Of a DNA stretch of 64,000 bases, positions 1-9,603 are shown piece by piece (within the stretch, counting starts at the first letter, position 1; each line of letters opens with the position of its first letter). This stretch comes from Candidatus Gottesmanbacteria bacterium (GTDB lineage Bacteria > Patescibacteriota > Microgenomatia > 2-02-FULL-39-11). The DNA is taken from contig JACPKY010000002.1 in NCBI GenBank assembly GCA_016186795.1, positions 604,771 through 668,770 on the forward strand, in the 5' to 3' direction. Made by a program: the position numbers and the translations under genes. Below the pieces are notes generated by a model. That model had not been told where the DNA came from. It was given only the letters and a program-made list of their open reading frames with translations, and did no database searches.

Positions 1-138
1 CTACAACTGCAAAAAGAAAAAAAATCTTCATTCATTCACTTTCAATTCTTTCATTTTCTACACTGATTTCTTAGAAAGTCAATACCGAGGAAATTTTCTT
101 GAATATCCTCTTTCTTCCTTCTATACTAGTTATCGTCT

Positions 139-1074
139 ATGTTTTTTCTCCACATCCTCACCTACATTTCCTCGTTTATTTTTATATGGATTGGTGCTGG
201 TCTTATTGTTTCCTCGACAGATAGATTTTCACGAAAGTTGAGGCTCTCTACTTTTGCAGTTTCATTTATTATCCTTGGAATTCTTACGTCATCTCCGGAA
301 TTTGCAGTGGGACTTACTGCAATTGCAGAAAGTAATCCTGAAATATTTGTTGGGAATCTCCTCGGTGGTGTCCCAGTTATCTTTCTTTTTATCATTCCTA
401 TCTTGGCAATATTTGGGAATGGCATAAACCTGAAGCATGATCTTGATCGCAATACTTTGCTTGCAACACTTGGAGTAATACTTATTCCGTTTCTCCTTGT
501 TATAGATAAGAAAATTACAAATCCAGAGGGAATACTTTTGATACTTCTTTATATCGTATTAATTTTTCTAATCGAAAGGAGACATGGAATTTTTGACCGG
601 AAAAATACAGAGATACTTAATATAAAATCATACTCGTACCGAGATATTATTCGGGTTCTTGTGGGAGTCGGAATCGTTTTTGTCTCAAGTCAAATCATTG
701 TTGACAAAACGATGTACTTTTCCTCATTTTTCAATATTTCCGCATTCTATATTAGTCTTATTATCCTCTCTTTAGGAACGAATTTACCTGAACTATCACT
801 TGCCATTCGCTCTATCACTTTGGGGAGTAAAGATATTGCCTTTGGCGATTACATGGGATCGGCAGCGGCAAATACGCTTCTTTTCGGAGTATTTACACTT
901 TTGAATAATGGCGAAATCCTGACGGTAAACAATTTTCTTTTTACCTTCGTCTATATAACCATGGGGCTTACGCTTTTTTATTTTTTCTCCAGATCGAAAA
1001 ACAATATTTCCAGGACTGAGGGATTGATCCTCCTTATAGTTTATCTCACCTTTGTAATTGTTGAATTGGTTTGA
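139..1074 (+). CDS. Ca2+/Na+ antiporter, CaCA family (YrbG-like), polytopic membrane protein
   Basis: Two alpha-repeat-like motifs are visible (GNLLGGVPVIFLF and GTNLPELSLAIRS), and the protein is multi-TM and hydrophobic throughout. Confidence 0.55.
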   Translation: MFFLHILTYISSFIFIWIGAGLIVSSTDRFSRKLRLSTFAVSFIILGILTSSPEFAVGLTAIAESNPEIFVGNLLGGVPVIFLFIIPILAIFGNGINLKHDLDRNTLLATLGVILIPFLLVIDKKITNPEGILLILLYIVLIFLIERRHGIFDRKNTEILNIKSYSYRDIIRVLVGVGIVFVSSQIIVDKTMYFSSFFNISAFYISLIILSLGTNLPELSLAIRSITLGSKDIAFGDYMGSAAANTLLFGVFTLLNNGEILTVNNFLFTFVYITMGLTLFYFFSRSKNNISRTEGLILLIVYLTFVIVELV

Positions 1075-1087
1075 CAGGTAATAATAG

Positions 1088-1690
1088 TTGGCATATTCAA
1101 TGAATCAAAAAGTAATTGACCATTTTCGCAAATATGATCCTATCATTTATTCATACGCAGTAAGAATCGGTCAAGTACAAATAGATTCTTCCTCAGACCA
1201 CTTCATAAATCTTTGCGAAAGTATCATTAATCAACAACTTTCAGAAAAAGCAGGAGCAACAATTTTCCATCGCTTCCAACAAGCTTTCAAAGGGAAAATC
1301 TCTCCAAAAAATGTTGCTTCTCTATCTTCTGAAAGACTGCGAAGTACGGGAATTTCTCTGTCAAAGATCGGATACCTGAAAGGATTAGCAAAGGGAGTCT
1401 TAGAAAAGAAATTAGTGTTGGAAATGCTGCTAGATCTTCCGAATGAGAAAGTAATTGAAGAACTCACGAAAATAAAAGGGATTGGTAGATGGACTGCCGA
1501 GATGTTTCTTATGTTTTCTCTTGGACGAGAGGATATTTTCTCGTATGGAGACCTGGGGCTGAGACGAGCTATTGAAAAACTTTATAAACTAGAAAATCCC
1601 TCAAAAGAGCATTTGGGGGAAATCTCTCAGAAATGGTCACCCTACCGAACGTACGCATGTATTGTTTTGTGGAGGAGTCTTAAACTATAG
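1088..1690 (+). CDS. HhH-GPD superfamily DNA glycosylase (AlkA-like DNA-3-methyladenine glycosylase II)
   Basis: Helix-hairpin-helix/GPD motif IKGIGRWTAEMFLMFSLGREDIFSYGDLGLRRAI. Confidence 0.65.
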   Translation: MAYSMNQKVIDHFRKYDPIIYSYAVRIGQVQIDSSSDHFINLCESIINQQLSEKAGATIFHRFQQAFKGKISPKNVASLSSERLRSTGISLSKIGYLKGLAKGVLEKKLVLEMLLDLPNEKVIEELTKIKGIGRWTAEMFLMFSLGREDIFSYGDLGLRRAIEKLYKLENPSKEHLGEISQKWSPYRTYACIVLWRSLKL

Positions 1691-2731
1691 TCTATTTTCT
1701 TTCGAAACGTCACTTAATTCTTTTAAGATGAATTTACTCGATTCCAATGGCCCCATTTGTACATAGTTCAACTTATATTTTCTACAAATTTCCAGAATAA
1801 ACGGTGTAATTTTTTTTAGCTTACTGCGCGGACAGTTTGGGAAAAGATGATGCTCTATCTGATAATTTAGCCCCATGTACATATAATCAGTCATCCAATG
1901 TCCATAGATATTTCGTGCGGTCATAATCTGATGCTCAAGGAATGAAAATTTCATGCCCCTTGCTATCTGGGGCATACCTTTGTGATTGGGCGCAAAAATA
2001 TTGAGCATATAAAACCCGGCAACCTCATTCGTGAGAATAAAAAATAGAATCGCCTTCCAGAGGGGGAAAATGAGAAACGGCAACACATACCACACGAACA
2101 TTCCCACGATTTGAAGTGTCATTGCAGAGAAAATAACAAGACTCATGTTGTCTTTGTAATATCGGAAAGCTTTAAACCGCATCGTAAAGGACACAAGAGA
2201 CCCTAGAGGATAAAAAAGCCAGGCTTGGTATTTGCGCATGAATCGAACCGCAAGACCTTTTCGCCTCCACATCTCTTTTGTAAAAGAAATCGGTACTTCA
2301 AGATCCGGATCTTCTCCTTCTTCATTCGTATGAGCATGATGGGCATTATGCTTATACTGCCAAACAGCAAATGGAAAGGCAACCACTGACGAACACATAT
2401 ATCCGAAAAGATCATTTATCAAACTTGATTTGAAAATTGCGCGGTGTCCCGCATCGTGGATGAGACCTCCTATTCTTACGGTAAATATTGAAAGTAAAAT
2501 GCTTGCAAGAGCTACAAGCCAGGGATTTGTTTGTACAACGAGAAGATAGACAAAAAAAACAAATCCGGAAATATCAATTATTGAAAGTCCAAGATAATAA
2601 CTATAATCCCTGTTAAGAATTCCGGCTTTCGTCACCTGTGTTCGAAGATGCCCGTAGAGACGTGCCCCTTCAATTGGTGTTATTTTTCTAAGACGCAATA
2701 CGTCAGAATTATTTCTTATTTTGATCGCCAT
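1685..2731 (-). CDS. membrane fatty-acid (acyl-lipid) desaturase
   Basis: Three histidine boxes (HDAGHRAIF, HNAHHAHTNEEGEDPD, QIEHHLFP) and several TM helices. Confidence 0.7.
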   Translation of the reverse strand: MAIKIRNNSDVLRLRKITPIEGARLYGHLRTQVTKAGILNRDYSYYLGLSIIDISGFVFFVYLLVVQTNPWLVALASILLSIFTVRIGGLIHDAGHRAIFKSSLINDLFGYMCSSVVAFPFAVWQYKHNAHHAHTNEEGEDPDLEVPISFTKEMWRRKGLAVRFMRKYQAWLFYPLGSLVSFTMRFKAFRYYKDNMSLVIFSAMTLQIVGMFVWYVLPFLIFPLWKAILFFILTNEVAGFYMLNIFAPNHKGMPQIARGMKFSFLEHQIMTARNIYGHWMTDYMYMGLNYQIEHHLFPNCPRSKLKKITPFILEICRKYKLNYVQMGPLESSKFILKELSDVSKENRL

Positions 2732-2857
2732 AGGGAAAACAAAAAAAGGTATCTCATTATACCAGGATATACTACAAAAAAACTCAGGTTTTCACCTGAT
2801 TTTTTCAGTATAGGTTCTACCAAGATAGGCAGCTTTTCTTTATAATACTATCGTCTT

Positions 2858-3610
2858 ATGAATACCTCTCCCTCTGCAGTCAAAAAGGAGCTTCGGAAAC
2901 TACAACATCCCAAAAAGGCAAGAATTCTCCAACGATTTTTCAAAACCGGCCCTGGAGAATACGGAGAGGGTGATATTTTCTTGGGAATTAGTGTCCCTCA
3001 AATTCGAAATACGGCAAAGAAATATTTTCACCTTGATCTTATCACGCTTACATCTCTTATAAGAAGCTCAATTCATGAAGAACGACAACTTGCCCTTATG
3101 ATTCTTGTTGCGCAATTTAAAAAAGGAGATGAAAAAGAAAAAAAGAGACTCTATACCTTTTATCTAGACAATATTCACTCTATTAACAATTGGGATCTAA
3201 TCGATGGGTCGGCAGAACATATTATCGGTTCATACTTGGAAAGTAAAAATAAAACTCTCCTTAAAAATTTCGCGTCATCAGACAATCTTTGGAAGAAACG
3301 CATTGCTATGGTCTCGACATTTTACTATATAAAACAAGGCGACCCAAAAGAAGCACTAAAAATCGCCACAATCCTTATCAAGGATAGACATGACCTTATA
3401 CAAAAAGCGGTTGGGTGGATGTTACGAGAGATTGGGAAACGGTGTGGAGAAGATATTGAAGAGGCGTTTTTGAAAAAATACTATAAAGCCATGCCTCGGA
3501 CGATGCTCCGCTACGCTATTGAACATTTTAGTAATTCAAAAAGGGAGTTCTATCTCGCCAAAAAAAATGGTTCGATGCGAAAATCCCCTTCCCTTGCTAT
3601 AATCGAATAA
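2858..3610 (+). CDS. DNA alkylation repair enzyme (AlkD/AlkC-like HEAT-repeat glycosylase family)
   Basis: Characteristic N-terminus (LQHPKKARILQRFFKTGPGEYGEGDIFLGISVPQIR) and a HEAT-like repeat architecture about 250 aa long. Confidence 0.6.
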   Translation: MNTSPSAVKKELRKLQHPKKARILQRFFKTGPGEYGEGDIFLGISVPQIRNTAKKYFHLDLITLTSLIRSSIHEERQLALMILVAQFKKGDEKEKKRLYTFYLDNIHSINNWDLIDGSAEHIIGSYLESKNKTLLKNFASSDNLWKKRIAMVSTFYYIKQGDPKEALKIATILIKDRHDLIQKAVGWMLREIGKRCGEDIEEAFLKKYYKAMPRTMLRYAIEHFSNSKREFYLAKKNGSMRKSPSLAIIE

Positions 3611-3613
3611 TAT

Positions 3614-4789
3614 ATGAAGAAACTAGTACCTCCAAAACCGCCAAAAAAGAAAATCTCTCCTTCATGGCATTTGCCAAATAGAGGCTATCTTATTGCGTTT
3701 ATCTTTGTCGTAGTTATTCTCTCCATTGTTTTACTAAAATTGAAAGACGTCTATACGTCTATCTACACACCCAGTGGTGCTCCTCAAATAACTCAACCAG
3801 CGAAAAATAAAGATATATACACATTTCTTCTCATGGGATATGCCGGTGGGAACCACGATGGTCCGTATCTTACCGATACTATGATGGTTGTCTCTCTTGA
3901 TACGAAAAAGAAAACGGTGCTTCTTGTATCAATCCCTCGGGATCTATGGGTAAAACTTCCAACACGATCAGGGCGGGATCTTCATACCAAAATAAACACA
4001 GTGTACCAGCGAGAGATTTTTGCAAACGAGACAACCGATCTTGACCCTGTGTACCTCGGCAATAAAGAGGACGCAACATTTACAAAATACGTGGTTTCGG
4101 AAGTTCTAGGAATTCCAATTGATAATTATGCGGCAATAGATTTTGCAGGATTTATAACTACCATTGACCTTTTAGGAGGAGTCGATATCCAAGTTCCCAA
4201 ATCATTTGATGACCCCGAATATCCTATCGAAGGAAAAGAGAACGATATCTGCGGTCAAAATGTGGGAGATCTCCCCCGTCTTATCGAAATTGCAACCATT
4301 TCTGCACTCCAAGCATTCCCTTGTCGTTATGAGATTCTCCATTTTGACCAAGGTCCGAACCATATGGATGGAGTTTTGGCATTAAAATTTGTCCGTTCTC
4401 GTCATAGTAAGCAGGATGGAACAGATTTTGGTCGGGCAGAAAGACAACAACTGCTTCTGGAAGGCGTAAAAAATAAAATTCTCTCCATCTCGTTTATTCC
4501 GAAAATTATTCCGTTTATTGATGAAATGAAAAAATATGTGAAGACTGATCTAGAAATTCTTCAAATTCAGAAGCTTATTCAAGAGTCCGAAAAACAAAAA
4601 TTGTATACCGTAATACCACTTGTCCTTTCGGATAAAAACTACGTTGATGTTACACAATCTGAGGATGGTCAATATATCCTAATTCCTAAGAGTGGAGTCG
4701 ATAATTGGGATGTACTCCATAAAGAAATCAAGAGATTAACCGAGGATATTGGCAATACTCCTACACCACCTCAGAAGCCTTCCTCCTAG
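3614..4789 (+). CDS. LytR-CpsA-Psr (LCP) family cell-envelope phosphotransferase
   Basis: N-terminal TM anchor followed by the LCP core motif (FLLMGYAGG...TDTMMVVSLDTKKKTVLLVSIPRDLWV). Confidence 0.65.
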   Translation: MKKLVPPKPPKKKISPSWHLPNRGYLIAFIFVVVILSIVLLKLKDVYTSIYTPSGAPQITQPAKNKDIYTFLLMGYAGGNHDGPYLTDTMMVVSLDTKKKTVLLVSIPRDLWVKLPTRSGRDLHTKINTVYQREIFANETTDLDPVYLGNKEDATFTKYVVSEVLGIPIDNYAAIDFAGFITTIDLLGGVDIQVPKSFDDPEYPIEGKENDICGQNVGDLPRLIEIATISALQAFPCRYEILHFDQGPNHMDGVLALKFVRSRHSKQDGTDFGRAERQQLLLEGVKNKILSISFIPKIIPFIDEMKKYVKTDLEILQIQKLIQESEKQKLYTVIPLVLSDKNYVDVTQSEDGQYILIPKSGVDNWDVLHKEIKRLTEDIGNTPTPPQKPSS

Positions 4790-5439
4790 ACGCTTTGTTG
4801 GAACTTTTCAAGAATTTGCTTTACTTTCTCATCTGTCACCTGTTGAAAATTTTGATAGTAATTACTGATGGAACTTAAATTTTGAGCTGTTACAACACAA
4901 AGAATCTGGTCAACATATCCCGAAATATCTTCTCGGGCCTCCTGGGAACATACAGGGCAAGCGAAAATAATTTCTTTCGGATGGTACTTTCTTATTGCTT
5001 TCACTGCAGCCAAAACCGTTGCTCCAGTTGCAACCCCATCATCAACAAGAACGACCACTTTTCCACGTATGTCTTGCAATTCCCTTCCTTTTCTATAGAC
5101 GGAAACACGTCGCTCTAATTCCTTCTTTTCTTGAAATATAATGTCTGAAAGCTTGGATTTTTCGATATTCATTTGATTTAAAGCATCCGTATTCCAGTGT
5201 GTTTGTCCTCCCTCAGAGATTGCCCCAATTGCAAACTCTGGATTTCTTGGAGCACCAATTTTTCGGGAAATAATAACATCCAGAGGAAGGTGCATTTTTT
5301 GGGCAACTTCATACCCTACGATAACGCCACCACGAGGAATTGCAAGAAGTATGCGGGGTGTATCTTTATACTGCTGCAGCTTTTCAGAAAGCATTCTTCC
5401 GGCATCAGATCTATCTTGGAAAAATACTGTTCCATCCAT
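4786..5439 (-). CDS. predicted phosphoribosyltransferase (type I PRTase fold, COG1926-like)
   Basis: PRPP-binding motif VVVLVDDGVATGATV. Confidence 0.55.
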   Translation of the reverse strand: MDGTVFFQDRSDAGRMLSEKLQQYKDTPRILLAIPRGGVIVGYEVAQKMHLPLDVIISRKIGAPRNPEFAIGAISEGGQTHWNTDALNQMNIEKSKLSDIIFQEKKELERRVSVYRKGRELQDIRGKVVVLVDDGVATGATVLAAVKAIRKYHPKEIIFACPVCSQEAREDISGYVDQILCVVTAQNLSSISNYYQNFQQVTDEKVKQILEKFQQSV

Positions 5440-5449
5440 ATGAATACTT

Positions 5450-5764
5450 TCAACCTCTTACCGGAACTACCCGTATTGTATCACCTAACTGAAAACCGGA
5501 TTTTTGAATAAACCCTTCCGGTGCTTCGAGGATTTTGGAGTACCGCGGATTCCAGAAATACAGTCTCCATGGAGGAAGAGACCTTTTTATCTTTATAATT
5601 CTCTTTTGGTTATCCAAGACAAGCACATCGATTGCAAATTTCATGCCAAATGTATGAATACCGTATCGGGTGGAAAAAAGTATTGGATAGCCTGTCTTGA
5701 TGGAAAGATAGCCTGTGAGTTTATCAAAGAAAGTCTCTACTTTGTACGCTTTTATCACTTTCAT
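5450..5764 (-). CDS. DUF192 family protein
   Basis: About 100 aa, with the DUF192-like motifs LEAPEGF and GDTIRVV. Confidence 0.4.
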   Translation of the reverse strand: MKVIKAYKVETFFDKLTGYLSIKTGYPILFSTRYGIHTFGMKFAIDVLVLDNQKRIIKIKRSLPPWRLYFWNPRYSKILEAPEGFIQKSGFQLGDTIRVVPVRG

Positions 5765-6027
5765 TTTTTCTTGATGATGTCCAATAGATCCTGAATTTCC
5801 TTCTGTAACCCAGTCACCATAGCCTTAAGAACCATTACTTCCTGATGCTTCATCTCAGATGATGCGCTTTCATGAACTACCCCGCGATATCTTCTCATTT
5901 TCATCTTCAGTTTTCCTTCAAAGAAGCTCAATTTCTCCTGAAGTTTACGCAGTTTTTCTTCCTTATCTTTTTCTAAGCTCATTTTATCAATTGAGGGTAA
6001 TTATTTAGTTTCTTGGAAACTTGGAGG

Positions 6028-6312
6028 TTATTTCTTGGATGATTTTTTGGAGCTTTTTGTTTTTGATATCTGCCCTTCCGTCTCTTCTTCTAATTCCTCA
6101 TCAGCGGTCATGAGTATTGAAAAAAGAATAAAGCCCGCAAAAATCGGCATAATGAGGGTGAATCGAGTGACTTCATCGGGAACTTTCACTAGTACTGCCA
6201 CTATTCCAACTATTGCAGCTACCCCGGCCCAAACGATTGCTTTATTCTCTGAATAAATCTTTTTCCACATACTAACTATCATAATCCTATGGTAAGCATG
6301 TATAATTGTCAA
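6028..6312 (-). CDS. small membrane protein (hypothetical)
   Basis: ORF with two predicted TM helices and an acidic/lysine-rich tail. Confidence 0.3.
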   Translation of the reverse strand: MTIIHAYHRIMIVSMWKKIYSENKAIVWAGVAAIVGIVAVLVKVPDEVTRFTLIMPIFAGFILFSILMTADEELEEETEGQISKTKSSKKSSKK

Positions 6313-6399
6313 GAACTCATATATTCATTTTCATTTCTTTGCTCAGCCAAAGAAACGAAACAAAGAAAAGCTGGCCTAGTGCAAGTTTTTGTATTTCTC

Positions 6400-6620
6400 T
6401 ACGCCTCGCATGGTCAGGGGGTCCCTCGGTTGATGAATCACCCGACACCCCACTTTCATGCTCAGTAAGAGAAATAAGCAAAAACTCTACAGACGGCAAC
6501 TAATGAAAAGACTAATATCCTCGTTGAGAGTTTACATAGTTTTTCTTACCGAAATGCAAGCGTGGGGAAACGGCTGATCCTCAGCCGTGGGACCCCCGCA
6601 GTACATGAGGTTAGAAAAAC
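6400..6620. ncRNA. candidate structured RNA or leader element (unclassified)
   Basis: Two GC-rich islands sit in an AT-rich 380-bp divergent intergenic region and include a perfect hairpin, CGGCTGA-tcc-TCAGCCG. Mutually overlapping sense and antisense 60-aa ORFs here argue against coding. Confidence 0.25.
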
Positions 6621-6694
6621 AAGTAAACTCTCACTCGAGGCGCTTTTTCTTTCTCCTATTTCTTTGAGCGAACAAAGAAATAGGAACAACATCT

Positions 6695-7558
6695 ATGAAA
6701 GCAGGATATGTCGCAATTATCGGTCGACCAAATAGCGGGAAATCAACGCTTCTTAATAATCTTTTGGGGCAGAAAGTGTCTGTAACCTCGCCGAAACCGC
6801 AAACAACTCGTTTCTCAATCCAAGCAGTTTATAAAGACGAGAGGGGACAAATTATTTTTATCAATACACCTGGCGTATTTGGGAAAGTGAAAGATGCCCT
6901 TTCAAAGAAAATAAATCCTATCACCTCGCAAGTTCTCGGAAACGATGTGGATGTCGTTATCCATCTTGTTGATCACACACGAGATCGGGATTTTGAGGAA
7001 AATAAAATATTAGGTATTATTCGTACGGTTGATAAACCGAAAATTCTTGCCATAAATAAAAGCGACATCCAAAAACCATCTTTCCTTCCGCACTACAAAT
7101 TTATGGAGACAGAATACCATAAAACAATCATGATTTCGGCGCTATACAAATCGAATCTGAATTATCTTTTAGATAGCATTTTTGAACTTCTGCCAGAGCG
7201 AGAAAAGATCGTTGACGATGAAAATCTTCCTACTCCTGCACTCAACATTGATGGTAAAACGTTTCTCGCAGAAATTGTTCGTGAAAAAGCATTCCTCTTT
7301 CTTCGCAAAGAAGTACCATATTCGCTTACTACCAAAATCGATGCTGTGGAGGAAAAAGACGACAATATACTCTATATTAAAGGAAGAATTATTACATCTC
7401 ACGATAGATATAAAAGCATGATTATAGGCGCAAAAGGACGGATGATCAAAGAAATCGGCATGGCAGCACGGAAAGAACTGGAAACAGCAACGAATAAAAA
7501 AATATTTTTGGATTTAACTGTTGAAGTAAACCCGCACTGGTTCGATGAACTACTTTAG
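6695..7558 (+). CDS. era: GTPase Era
   Basis: P-loop AIIGRPNSGKSTLLN and a C-terminal KH domain. Confidence 0.85.
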   Translation: MKAGYVAIIGRPNSGKSTLLNNLLGQKVSVTSPKPQTTRFSIQAVYKDERGQIIFINTPGVFGKVKDALSKKINPITSQVLGNDVDVVIHLVDHTRDRDFEENKILGIIRTVDKPKILAINKSDIQKPSFLPHYKFMETEYHKTIMISALYKSNLNYLLDSIFELLPEREKIVDDENLPTPALNIDGKTFLAEIVREKAFLFLRKEVPYSLTTKIDAVEEKDDNILYIKGRIITSHDRYKSMIIGAKGRMIKEIGMAARKELETATNKKIFLDLTVEVNPHWFDELL

Positions 7559-8140
7559 ACGCATCAGAGACGGAATACTTTTCCTCAAAGCAATCGATCG
7601 GTGACTGACACGATTTTTCTCACCTAGAGTAACTTGTGCATTTGTTTTTCCGAAAATAGGATTGAAAAAAATCGGATCATACCCAAACCCATTCGCGCCC
7701 TTCGGTTTATCGGTAATATATCCTTCATTGACACCTTTAAATTTTTCTAATTCTCTCGATACAGGATTAAAAAGAGCAACAACAGCAATAAATCGGGCAG
7801 TTCTTTGATCTTTTGGAATTCCTTTCAGTTCTATCAAAACCTTCTTCACTCGATCCTCATCACTCCCATCTGTGTATCGTGCAGAAAAAACCCCAGGACG
7901 ACCATTTAGTGCATCAATCTCCAACCCTGAATCATCTGCAAGAGTCAAAACAGAAAATTTTTCTCCAACTTTCATGGCTTTCAGCGTTGCATTCTCTTCA
8001 AAAGTCATTCCTTTCTCTTCTATATCCTCGTTGAATGAGAAGTCACGGAGCGCTTGAATACGAAAAGGAACATCTTTGAGGATCTCCATCATTTCAGATA
8101 TCTTTCCGGGGTTTTTTGTAGCAAGAAGGAGAGTCTTCAT
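7550..8140 (-). CDS. rdgB: non-canonical purine NTP pyrophosphatase (Ham1/RdgB)
   Basis: Ham1 family motifs, including GFGYDPIF. Confidence 0.8.
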   Translation of the reverse strand: MKTLLLATKNPGKISEMMEILKDVPFRIQALRDFSFNEDIEEKGMTFEENATLKAMKVGEKFSVLTLADDSGLEIDALNGRPGVFSARYTDGSDEDRVKKVLIELKGIPKDQRTARFIAVVALFNPVSRELEKFKGVNEGYITDKPKGANGFGYDPIFFNPIFGKTNAQVTLGEKNRVSHRSIALRKSIPSLMRLK

Positions 8141-9564
8141 GCGGATATCGTTTGCAGCCTTGCAATTGTCTCATTTTTCCCGAGAATTTCCATAGATTCA
8201 TTCAAGGGTGGCGAAACTTTCTTGCCTGTTATAGTTACTCTTAAAATCATGAAATACTCACTATTGGTAAGACCTGTAGCTTTTGCAACTTTTTGTAACT
8301 CTTCCCCGATCCGATCAGATTTCCACTGGGCAATTTGTATATTTTCTAATATATCTGCTGATTTACTAATCACGTCCTGATAGGATTCTAAATCGACTTC
8401 ATACTTTTGGGGTCTCGCATGGAAAAAACTGGAAATCGCATCGTATTCCTTCAATGTACTTATTCGCGGGGAAACAAGCGGAATAACCTTCCTAACTTTT
8501 TCATCAAACTCAGGAGTCGTTCCATACGAACTCATTGTTCTCAAAAGCGTTGTAAAACGTTTTGGATCTAGGGTTGCAAGATCTTGAATGTATTTTTTAT
8601 TGAGCCACTTCAATTTCTCTCTATCAAAAATAGGCGCTGTTGTTTTTATATCTTCAAGTTTAAAGTGCTTCACCATTTCAGAGAGAGAAAATTTGTCTCT
8701 CTCGTTAGGATCTGACCATCCCATAAGAGAAAGATAATTGATAAGCGCCTCGGGCAATATCCCTTGCTCTTTATACCATGATACCCACACCGGGTTTTTC
8801 CGTTTGGAAAGCTTACTTTTATCAGGATTTCGAAGTAGAGGCAGATGAGCAAAAACTGGAAGATCCCATCCGAATGCTTGATAGAGAAGTATATGCTTGG
8901 GTGTTGAGGAAATCCATTCCTCTCCCCGGATAACATGAGTGATTTTCATGAGATGATCGTCAACAACCACCCCTAAATGATATGTGGGAAATCCATCAGA
9001 TTTAATAAGTACCTGATCATCAATGAGCTTATTTTCAAACGAGATTTTCCCCCGCAAAACATCGGTAAACTCTGTAATTCCCTCCTCTGGAACATTGAGT
9101 CGAATAACGTATTTTTCGTTCTTTATTTTTGCCCGCACTTCTTCGGACTTTACTCTCTTGCACGTTCCGTCATACATAGGTGGAAGGCCTTGTGCTATTT
9201 GCTTTTCTCTCATCTTGGTCAAACGTTGGGGAGTACAAAAGCAGTAATATGCATTTCCTTTCTCAACTAGATTCTGAGCATAATTTTTATACAGTGATAA
9301 TCTCTCTGATTGCCTGTATGGAGAATATGGCCCTCCAATATCTGGACCCTCATCGTATGTCAATCCTAACCACTTCAGCGAAGAGAGAATTCTTTCTTCC
9401 GACCCTTTCACAAGTCGTGACCGATCCGTATCTTCTATCCGAATAATAAACTGACCGTTGTTCTTTTTTGCAAATACGAAATTAATAAGTGCCGTATACG
9501 CATTTCCGATGTGGAGATTTTCACCAGTTGGGGATGGGGCAATACGCGTTCGCACCGTCTTCAT
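8137..9564 (-). CDS. gltX: glutamyl-tRNA synthetase
   Basis: HIGH-region variant (PSPTGENLHIGNAYTA) and the KLSKRK motif. Confidence 0.85.
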   Translation of the reverse strand: MKTVRTRIAPSPTGENLHIGNAYTALINFVFAKKNNGQFIIRIEDTDRSRLVKGSEERILSSLKWLGLTYDEGPDIGGPYSPYRQSERLSLYKNYAQNLVEKGNAYYCFCTPQRLTKMREKQIAQGLPPMYDGTCKRVKSEEVRAKIKNEKYVIRLNVPEEGITEFTDVLRGKISFENKLIDDQVLIKSDGFPTYHLGVVVDDHLMKITHVIRGEEWISSTPKHILLYQAFGWDLPVFAHLPLLRNPDKSKLSKRKNPVWVSWYKEQGILPEALINYLSLMGWSDPNERDKFSLSEMVKHFKLEDIKTTAPIFDREKLKWLNKKYIQDLATLDPKRFTTLLRTMSSYGTTPEFDEKVRKVIPLVSPRISTLKEYDAISSFFHARPQKYEVDLESYQDVISKSADILENIQIAQWKSDRIGEELQKVAKATGLTNSEYFMILRVTITGKKVSPPLNESMEILGKNETIARLQTISA

Positions 9565-9603
9565 ACGTTAATTGATTCTAGCACAGGCCATCATTTATAC
9601 TCA

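Noticed and set aside
6400-6620. Possibility that the GC-rich islands are tmRNA or SRP RNA
   Set aside because: There is no GGTTCGAATCC-type T-arm or acceptor/CCA end for tmRNA, and no GGAAGCAGC domain-IV motif for SRP RNA. It is kept only as an unclassified candidate.
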